Source of the DNA: a virus
Lineage: Duplodnaviria; Caudoviricetes
Length of the DNA: 60,606 nucleotides
IMG/VR virus record: IMGVR_UViG_3300037258_000158
Span: 1-60,606 of that record
Reading direction: 5' to 3' (one strand)
Translations under genes and position numbers: made by a program
Notes under the pieces: generated by a model
What the model was told of the DNA's origin: nothing
Database searches by the model: none
What the model saw: only the letters and a program-made list of their open reading frames with translations
Shown: piece after piece, positions 54,651 through 60,606 of the stretch
Layout: each line of letters begins with the position of its first letter
Position numbering within the stretch: the stretch's first letter is position 1

Positions 54651-54989
54651 ATGAGGGTTAGTCAATACACAGGTGACTGGCACCATCATCTCTGCAATAG
54701 GTGCGGACATATATGGGAACATGAGCGGCCCGTAGGCGTGAGCAGTCGCGCTTACGATAAAGCGCATGAATGCCCGAACTGCGGAAAACCGGATTGCAGT
54801 ATCCGGTTCGACAGTCAAGAAGAAGCTGAACAAAGGAGAGCGTACAATCAGGCACACGGCATACGCGACGAAGAAGACAACGACCCGCCAAGCATGGCGC
54901 AACTCGTTGAAGAACTGCAGATCATAAGGTCCCTGCTTGAAATCGCAGGCTTACTGGAAAGGTTGAACCATGAGCGTAGCTTCCACTGA
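54651..54989 (+). CDS. Zinc-ribbon hypothetical protein
   Basis: CNRCGHIWEH...HECPNCG; GAGGTG RBS. Confidence 0.7.
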   Translation: MRVSQYTGDWHHHLCNRCGHIWEHERPVGVSSRAYDKAHECPNCGKPDCSIRFDSQEEAEQRRAYNQAHGIRDEEDNDPPSMAQLVEELQIIRSLLEIAGLLERLNHERSFH

Positions 54990-55344
54990 ACATACACTCA
55001 CCCACGCGGGCACAGGAGGGCGGACATATGGTGGCGATCCAAATCTGGTGCATATCCCCGACCATCACCGAGCAGATGTCGGTCGGGTGGTTGCAAATGA
55101 ACTCGAAGCCACGATGCGGCTTCTGGGAACGCTTGGTGTCGGCCATGACGCCAAGCCGGCGACCGGCAACGATCCGCTCTGTCCAGGTTGCTACATGATC
55201 GCACTGTACGATGCTGCGCTCGAGATGGCGCGGCGAACTGGACAACCCCTGCATGAACTTGGGGCGAGTATGGCGTGGATGTTCAAAGGGCTGGAAGATG
55301 ACCCTGAGTTCCGGCCCATCGAAGAAATGTTGGTCAGGCCGTGA
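54970..55344 (+). CDS. Hypothetical protein
   Basis: LCPGCYM; tiles in rightward run. Confidence 0.7.
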   Translation: MSVASTEHTLTHAGTGGRTYGGDPNLVHIPDHHRADVGRVVANELEATMRLLGTLGVGHDAKPATGNDPLCPGCYMIALYDAALEMARRTGQPLHELGASMAWMFKGLEDDPEFRPIEEMLVRP

Positions 55345-55772
55345 TAGCCCTGATCATCGTTCAACTTGTGGAGCGCGCCGTTCTCGGCGCGTTCTTCACC
55401 ATCACTGGAGCGCACAAGTTGTTCGACTCCCAAACAAGAACTAAGTTCAAACTCTTGTTCAGAAAACTTAATATTCCCCGGCTCTGGTGTCTGGTAGCCT
55501 GTAGCGAACTGACCGGGGGTGTGGGGATTCTATTGGGTGCGAACACCCGCGCGTTCTGTTTGATCTTGGCGTTAATCTTGATGGAAGCTATACGGCTCGA
55601 CGCCTGGAAGACAGAGATCTTGTCACGGAAGCCGAAAGACTTCAGTGACTTGATCGCGAAAGGTCTATACTGCCCAGAAGTACTGATGGTTCTTCTATTA
55701 GGGATACTTCTGGTAATCGGCGCTGGTCCATGGAGTGTGGACCACTGGCTCTTTGGAGGATGGTTAGCATGA
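55341..55772 (+). CDS. DoxX-family membrane protein
   Basis: R..LG.FF...G.HKL...EL.GG..ILLG..TR...GAGPWSVD. Confidence 0.8.
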   Translation: MIALIIVQLVERAVLGAFFTITGAHKLFDSQTRTKFKLLFRKLNIPRLWCLVACSELTGGVGILLGANTRAFCLILALILMEAIRLDAWKTEILSRKPKDFSDLIAKGLYCPEVLMVLLLGILLVIGAGPWSVDHWLFGGWLA

Positions 55773-55927
55773 TGATGGGTGAGTCATTTCTCCTAAGTGT
55801 GCTGCTTGCTGGTGGCGTGACCACGACTTGTGGAGTACTTGTGTGGGAAAATGGCTTCTGGGGTCGGATAATCGGCTTAGGGATGATGGGTTCATCCATA
55901 TTCTTAATAGGGGTGATCTATGGCTAA
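55769..55927 (+). CDS. Small two-TM protein
   Basis: ATGA overlap; two hydrophobic segments. Confidence 0.55.
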   Translation: MMMGESFLLSVLLAGGVTTTCGVLVWENGFWGRIIGLGMMGSSIFLIGVIYG

Positions 55928-56108
55928 TGAATACGAAGTCATCGAAAGGGACTTTATCTGCGAGGATTGCGGACGTCATGTGTGCGCGGTCGGGCCTAAC
56001 GTACTAGCGATGTTCATTGACATCTGTGCGGCCTGCCAGATACGGGCCATGTTCGGTTTAGGGCAGGAGGAAACGGTTCACTGATGCAAGATATAAGGAT
56101 ATTAACGA

Positions 56109-56333
56109 ATGCCGGGTAACAAGAACGAGATCCACACTTTCTTCCATTGCAGACTCTGCTTGGAGGAGAAACCGCCGAGAGTCAGTGCTCGCGACTACGC
56201 GCGGTTGGAAGTAGGCTTCACGCCAGCCGGTGTCCAGGTCTGGTGCGTGAGGCACGACGCGAATGTCGTGAACATAGACTACGAAGGGCACAAGCATCCA
56301 GCCAACATGACGAGGGACAGAACCGATGGCTAA
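56109..56333 (+). CDS. Conserved small phage Zn-binding protein
   Basis: FFHCRLCLEE.P...LEVGFT..G.QVWC.RH. Confidence 0.75.
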   Translation: MPGNKNEIHTFFHCRLCLEEKPPRVSARDYARLEVGFTPAGVQVWCVRHDANVVNIDYEGHKHPANMTRDRTDG

Positions 56334-56538
56334 GACTTGGGATGAACAAGCCGAAGAACTGTCTTCGGCAAAGAGGGCGATCTACACGGCTTACGTGAAC
56401 GCGAACCGCCCGCCACGGGACACGCGCCGCGCCGAACTCAGGGGTGTGGATCAGGAAGTATTGGACAAGGAATGGCGAGCGTGGTACAAGAAGCTGAATG
56501 ACGTGAAGGCAGAAGCCTTCAGGCGAGCCACGCGATGA
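56326..56538 (+). CDS. Hypothetical protein
   Basis: GAGGG RBS; tiles. Confidence 0.6.
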   Translation: MAKTWDEQAEELSSAKRAIYTAYVNANRPPRDTRRAELRGVDQEVLDKEWRAWYKKLNDVKAEAFRRATR

Positions 56539-56837
56539 AGGGAAGATACACGATAAGAGCGGGCGGTCAACTCAGGGGCATGGCAATGGTCACATGGGTT
56601 GAAGATCGATGGTTGCTCGTCTGGCTATATGTCGTGCCAGAGTACCGCAGGCACGGATATGGGACCCGCTTGCTGGAAGAAATAGTAGGGGATGCTGATA
56701 CTGATGGCGTGGATATATGGCTCGTGCCAGCCCCCGGTCCCGGCGGCATGTCCGGCATGCAATTGATCAAGTGGTACAGACAATACGGTTTCCAGTTGGT
56801 GGAAGGCGAACCGTTCGATATGGTCAGGAGGCCGTGA
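56535..56837 (+). CDS. GNAT acetyltransferase
   Basis: YVVPEYRRHGYGTRLL (motif A), WYRQYGF. Confidence 0.85.
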   Translation: MKGRYTIRAGGQLRGMAMVTWVEDRWLLVWLYVVPEYRRHGYGTRLLEEIVGDADTDGVDIWLVPAPGPGGMSGMQLIKWYRQYGFQLVEGEPFDMVRRP

Positions 56838-57130
56838 TGCCGAAATATGAAGCTGGCTCTGAGGGCAACCCGCTGGACGTTCTGGTGGAAGAAGCGGCTG
56901 AAGTGATACAGGCTGTGATGAAGATCAAACGCTTCGGTCTCGCCGGTACTCGTGGTCCAGGTCACCAGACTCCGCGCGAAAAACTGGTCCAAGAATTAGG
57001 TGACCTCATAGTCGTAGCCGCATGGCTGTCGCAGGACGGCGTATTCACAGACGAAGAAATGGAGGCAGCTATGGACAACAAGGTCGAACGGTTGAAAGAA
57101 CTGTTCGGCATAAAGGTCAGGAGGCCATGA
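56837..57130 (+). CDS. MazG-like NTP pyrophosphohydrolase
   Basis: EEAAEVIQA..K..RFG...ELGDL (EExxE...ExxD). Confidence 0.8.
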   Translation: MPKYEAGSEGNPLDVLVEEAAEVIQAVMKIKRFGLAGTRGPGHQTPREKLVQELGDLIVVAAWLSQDGVFTDEEMEAAMDNKVERLKELFGIKVRRP

Positions 57131-57276
57131 TGGTGACGTACGGAGGAGCATTCGTACTGCTGATCGGGATGCTACGGATCAGCATCTGTGACGGCGTTCA
57201 GTGGGTTCGCTGGTCAGCACTCGCGTTGATTGGCGCAGCATTCATGGGGTTTGGGATATGGAGCGGACAATGCTGA
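57127..57276 (+). CDS. Small membrane protein
   Basis: GGAGG RBS; two hydrophobic segments. Confidence 0.5.
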   Translation: MMVTYGGAFVLLIGMLRISICDGVQWVRWSALALIGAAFMGFGIWSGQC

Positions 57277-57644
57277 CTAAACCGAAGTACGGTGATCCAT
57301 GCAACCGATGCGGATTGTGCTGCAATCAGGCTCCCTGTCCCTTGGGCGCATGGCTCTTCAAGGTGAAGTGGGGTCGTTGCCCCGCCCTTCGCTTCGATGA
57401 GAACGACCAATCCTCCTGCGGGCTGGTCGTCGCCCCTGAGGTCTACGCCCCCGTTCGTGCCGCGATTGTCGGCAAGGAAGCACTGTCCGCAGCATCAGCC
57501 TTTCTTATCGGTGCTGGCAACGGCTGCGATTCAAGGTTAACGACTGAACCCGAAAATCCTGAATACAGCGCGAGCCTCGCCCGACACGCGGAAGCCGAAA
57601 AAGATCGGGCGGCTGCGATGCGCCATATATGGGGAGTAAGATGA
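57270..57644 (+). CDS. CxxCxxCC (YkgJ-like) Zn/Fe-S cluster protein
   Basis: PCNRCGLCC...CP...CPAL...CGL...GCD. Confidence 0.7.
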   Translation: MLTKPKYGDPCNRCGLCCNQAPCPLGAWLFKVKWGRCPALRFDENDQSSCGLVVAPEVYAPVRAAIVGKEALSAASAFLIGAGNGCDSRLTTEPENPEYSASLARHAEAEKDRAAAMRHIWGVR

Positions 57645-58123
57645 AGGGATTAGAAGAACTTGGTCGTATCCTATTCGACATAGTCAAGGGCTATATAGAG
57701 ACGCACCCTGACAAGGAAGCGCCTCCATCATGGTTCTTGTTCAAGAAGAATGGTGATAGCATCCACATCACTACCCCCTTCTTTGGTGAAGATACCAAGA
57801 ACGTGACCGCCGCCGAGATTCGTCAAAAGATCGCCGAAAACAACGTCGTCGCCTATTTCTTCGTAAGCGAAGGCTGGAGTCGGACAGTCCCCACGGCGAA
57901 GATTATGGATCTGTCTATCCCCGTGCGCGATCACCCCGACCGCACTGAAGTTCTCGTGGTAAACGGAGAAGACCGGGGAGGGGCTACCGTACTGATCGTA
58001 GGTGAGATTGCGGAGGGTCGTAAGGTGCGTGAACCTGAAGTGAGTGTGGGCGGTAAGAGCGAGAGCAGGTTCGTGGGGATGTTCAAGGAACCGGAAAGAG
58101 GGGTAAGGGTAACTGATGGCTGA
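57641..58123 (+). CDS. Hypothetical protein
   Basis: FVSEGW...HPDR.E motif; GGGAG RBS. Confidence 0.7.
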   Translation: MKGLEELGRILFDIVKGYIETHPDKEAPPSWFLFKKNGDSIHITTPFFGEDTKNVTAAEIRQKIAENNVVAYFFVSEGWSRTVPTAKIMDLSIPVRDHPDRTEVLVVNGEDRGGATVLIVGEIAEGRKVREPEVSVGGKSESRFVGMFKEPERGVRVTDG

Positions 58124-58337
58124 GTGCAGGACATGCGGGGTGCCGATGGGTGACTACCACCGGCTGACTACGGACTGTGGAGGTGGCTGTCTGCTCTGCA
58201 TGGCGATGTGCGGCGACGCAGATGCGATGGACGAAGTGGTGCAGTTCCTTAGCGAGAGGCGGAAATTGCTCTGGCCGTGGAAGGAGTTCAAAGATCCGGG
58301 GCAGGGGCCGAGGCGGGCGCGGGTAGGGACATATTAG
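58116..58337 (+). CDS. Cys-rich hypothetical protein
   Basis: CRTCG...DCGGGCLLCMA.CGD. Confidence 0.65.
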   Translation: MAECRTCGVPMGDYHRLTTDCGGGCLLCMAMCGDADAMDEVVQFLSERRKLLWPWKEFKDPGQGPRRARVGTY

Positions 58338-58345
58338 GGGGACGC

Positions 58346-58374
58346 TTGTAGTCCGGTTTCCGGGCCTTTACCAT
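58346..58374 (+). promoter_or_regulatory. Promoter TTGTAG-N17-TACCAT
   Basis: 16-mer shared with 8739-8754; upstream of 58415. Confidence 0.6.
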
Positions 58375-58414
58375 GTGTGTATGGGGAATGGTCCCCAGAT
58401 CAAGGGAGTAGCAT

Positions 58415-58561
58415 ATGTCGAAGAGCCATAAGGAAAAGGTTCAAGCTACGAAGGCCGCAGCCGCAAAGATTGATTCGGCTGGTGGTGACCAAGAGAATGA
58501 GGCTGCTGCGTTGCAGGAGCTGATGGACGTTCTTGGTGACGGTGGCGACGACGACAATTAG
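58415..58561 (+). CDS. Small protein, basic N-terminus and acidic C-terminus (48 aa)
   Basis: TCAAGGGAG RBS; flanked by own promoter and terminator. Confidence 0.6.
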   Translation: MSKSHKEKVQATKAAAAKIDSAGGDQENEAAALQELMDVLGDGGDDDN

Positions 58562-58573
58562 TCGCGGTTGACG

Positions 58574-58607
58574 GCCCCGGGATCGTGAGGTCCCGGGGTT
58601 TTTATTT
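58574..58607 (+). terminator. Rho-independent terminator
   Basis: GCCCCGGGATC-GTGA-GGTCCCGGGGT then TTTTATTT. Confidence 0.85.
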
Positions 58608-58612
58608 GGAGG

Positions 58613-58801
58613 ATGGTTATGATAATGAAGCCAAATATCGTTCTCCAGTATTTCCGAGCCTGGAGGTCTGGTTTCGACTTCTACCACGATGGTTTCGGGC
58701 TCGTGGTTGCTAGACCGAGATCCGGTGAGTTTGGGCTCCGGTTCGAGCCACTCTACAGCATGGCTTACGAGCAGAAAGACATAGATGGTATGCTGAAGTA
58801 A
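58613..58801 (+). CDS. Hypothetical protein
   Basis: GGAGG RBS; exact start among ATGs at 58613/58619/58626 region uncertain. Confidence 0.45.
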   Translation: MVMIMKPNIVLQYFRAWRSGFDFYHDGFGLVVARPRSGEFGLRFEPLYSMAYEQKDIDGMLK

Positions 58802-58931
58802 TCATTTGGACATGAAGTGAAATTTGGTCTTAATTTTTTGGACGGGAATTCGGGATTGAGCCTCCGATCGTTGGTTCAAAACGAGTCAGCTTAGTGACCC
58901 GAAATGAACCAACGACCTCGAGGCGTGGGAT

Positions 58932-59114
58932 TCATGCGAAGTAGACGATGATGAAAGAACTCACCGCCACGATCGCTATAAGCGCGATCCATGCATCGCG
59001 GCCGAAGGATTCGGCTCTGGCGACCTGAGCGCGAAGCGCCGCCATGCGGGCAGCCTCGAGCTCGTGAGCGCGAGCGACCTGAGCAGACGTGGTGAATGCG
59101 ATAGGACGTGACAT
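58932..59114 (-). CDS. Small protein with C-terminal TM helix
   Basis: AWIALIAIVAVSSFIIVYFA; AAAGG RBS. Confidence 0.6.
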   Translation of the reverse strand: MSRPIAFTTSAQVARAHELEAARMAALRAQVARAESFGRDAWIALIAIVAVSSFIIVYFA

Positions 59115-59181
59115 TGGACTAACCTTTCGTTAAGCATCGCCCCTGCACCATATCGGCACAGGGGCGATTGTTGCTGAATGA

Positions 59182-59619
59182 TTACGCGGCCGGACGCGGT
59201 TCGGCCTTGCCCTTGCCCTTGGCGGGCGATTTGGAGGCGGGCTTCGTCTTTGCAGGCTTGGACTCAGCTTCCGGCTTTACCGCGCCCTGACGACCGCGGA
59301 CCGGAGCGCCGAGAGGTTCCAGCTTGAAACCTTCGATGCTGATGAACTTATGGTTGAAATCCCACATCACATCAGCTTTGGCAAGACCGAGTCGGTTGCC
59401 AGCCTTCACGCTGGCGTCGAGATACGCTTGGACCGTCATGCCATTGCGATACAAGGCATAACGCTGACCGCCCTTGGTCGAAGCCGCTTTGGGCTGAGCT
59501 TCGAGTATGGTGATCTTGCCCGTAACAGGTGCGGTGAACGGGCCAGTGTAGGAGCGCTTGGCTTCAGCCGTAGCAGGCGTGACCGTGGCGGCCGAAGTTT
59601 TGTTGGCTTGCGTTGTCAT
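59182..59619 (-). CDS. 'NPK...WD..FI' domain protein, paralogue C; Lys/Pro/Ala-rich C-tail
   Basis: QPKAASTKGGQRYALYRNGMTVQAYLDA...ADVMWDFNHKFISI; tail KPAKTKPASKSPAKGKGK; AAGGGAG RBS. Confidence 0.8.
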   Translation of the reverse strand: MTTQANKTSAATVTPATAEAKRSYTGPFTAPVTGKITILEAQPKAASTKGGQRYALYRNGMTVQAYLDASVKAGNRLGLAKADVMWDFNHKFISIEGFKLEPLGAPVRGRQGAVKPEAESKPAKTKPASKSPAKGKGKAEPRPAA

Positions 59620-59792
59620 GATAAAAACTCCCTTAATGAGTGGACCACATAGCGGAATGCTATGCGGAAGCGGCAACTGTCGGGTTTCGGCCCGCGGCTC
59701 TAGCCCGCGCGGCGGTCCCATCAAAGGGCGACCCGGCTTTAGTACCGACCTAGCGGGGGGGACCGTAGTCACATGCCCGTTTCAGCAACTGC

Positions 59793-59821
59793 ACACTAGC
59801 ACAGTAGAAATGGGAGTACAG
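59793..59821 (-). promoter_or_regulatory. Promoter candidate CTGTAC-N17-TAGTGT
   Basis: Upstream of structured leader of 59619; near-CtrA box TTAA-N7-TAAA at 59840-59854. Confidence 0.4.
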
Positions 59822-60015
59822 CCTAAACCTGGAAACTGGTTAACAAAGAGTAAACAAGTAATGATCGCGTTATGGGCGAACTAATTAGTTAGCGATCTAA
59901 CTAAATAACGCGATTTGGAGTCGCATTCGCTTCCCCCATGCTACCATACTGCTGAGTCATGCTTTGAAGCATTGCGTTTGACGCATAGCTCATGGCACGA
60001 TTCGTGCATATATCG

Positions 60016-60240
60016 TTAACGCGATCGCGTGCTCGTTAATCATTCGTTAATCATACTCGCGTTAACGGAACATGGTAAACGGATCGTTAATTCGGGGTCA
60101 GACGGAGCGAATATAAATCTTAACGATCTGTTAACCATGACGATCCGCGCTCGTTAACCTTAACGACGATTAACCTTAACGAACGATTAAGGTTAACGAT
60201 CGGTTAAGATTGATCGGAGCGAGTTAACCAGTTCCGTTAA
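60016..60240. promoter_or_regulatory. Cluster of CtrA-type boxes (four perfect TTAA-N7-TTAA)
   Basis: 60036-60050, 60120-60134, 60176-60190, 60193-60207, plus many isolated TTAA half-sites. Confidence 0.7.
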
Positions 60241-60479
60241 CTCTATCGCTCACAAATACCCTCTCTCAATGAGCGAGTTTACCAATCGTTCGGGCCGAGA
60301 TCCTATCGTTCGGGGCCACCGATAAGTCGCCGGGTTGATGGCCAAATGATGGGTTAATCATATGTATTAGTTTAATAATCAAAAGTAATGTGTTTGTGTC
60401 TAAATGATGTATGCGTGATAACATCTGATGACTATATGATGTGTGTGAGCGGGGGGCTAACCTGTTCGGTTATTCAGTA

Positions 60480-60606
60480 ACATAATACTGGACAAAAAAG
60501 GCTTACGTAGGACCGAATTTAAATCTACGAACAATTACATGCACTTAGAGTGTCAACCCATTCAAATAACTATTTTCCGCGTTTGAAAATGGTTTTTACA
60601 AAAATG
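60480..60606. repeat. Terminal direct repeat, right copy
   Basis: Identical to 1-127. Confidence 0.95.

Noticed and set aside
59136-59168. 10-bp hairpin as a rho-independent terminator
   Set aside because: Stem ATCGCCCCTG/CAGGGGCGAT is real but lacks a U-tract on the coding (minus) strand; may be a stability or processing element.
60016-60240. TTAA-rich repeats as a CRISPR array
   Set aside because: No constant 23-47 nt repeat with regular unique spacers; only short half-sites, and no cas genes.
60480-60606. 127-bp repeat as a biological terminal repeat
   Set aside because: Length equals a standard assembler k-mer; more simply a circular overlap. True ends cannot be determined from sequence alone.
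1-60606. Integrase, tRNA genes, RNR, reverse transcriptase/DGR, introns or inteins
   Set aside because: No matching motifs seen by eye; PolA, TerL and helicases are of normal length. HMM and tRNAscan runs would be needed to confirm absence.

Overview
Apparently complete, circularly assembled genome of a tailed siphovirus-type phage. Bases 60480-60606 exactly repeat 1-127, giving a unit length of about 60,479 bp. The host is probably an alphaproteobacterium (inference from the GTA-like Dit/hub/NlpC/tail-tip module and many TTAA-N7-TTAA CtrA-type boxes). Layout: small early/accessory genes (0.4-10.5 kb and 54-59.6 kb); a minus-strand replication and DNA-modification operon (26.8 to 10.7 kb: SSB-like protein, AEP primase, UvrD-like helicase, dCTP deaminase, aGPT-Pplase1-family protein, radical SAM/SPASM enzyme, TET/JBP-associated-type glycosyltransferase, dUMP hydroxymethylase-like ThyA homologue, HD phosphohydrolase, Nmad1/MazG-like protein, PolA, DEDDh exonuclease, resolvase-like nuclease); a plus-strand SNF2 helicase; and a minus-strand packaging/virion/lysis operon (54.0 to 28.7 kb) ending in a lipoprotein and a class-3 lipase. 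No integrase, tRNA or CRISPR array was seen. Most notable candidates: (1) a 5-hmU hypermodification set with two glycosyltransferases and a radical SAM enzyme but no visible P-loop kinase, plus a degenerate UDG-fold protein; (2) three dispersed paralogues of an unannotated 'NPK..RF..Y..GMT..AD..WD..FI' domain with histone-like tails; (3) a promoter-delimited hairpin RNA whose C-rich loop is complementary to the ribosome-binding sites of both flanking genes; (4) a Cori-like cluster of CtrA boxes next to an AT-rich tract; (5) an Acb2/Tad1-like sponge and a lipase in the lysis cassette. All family assignments are by-eye motif recognition; no searches were run.
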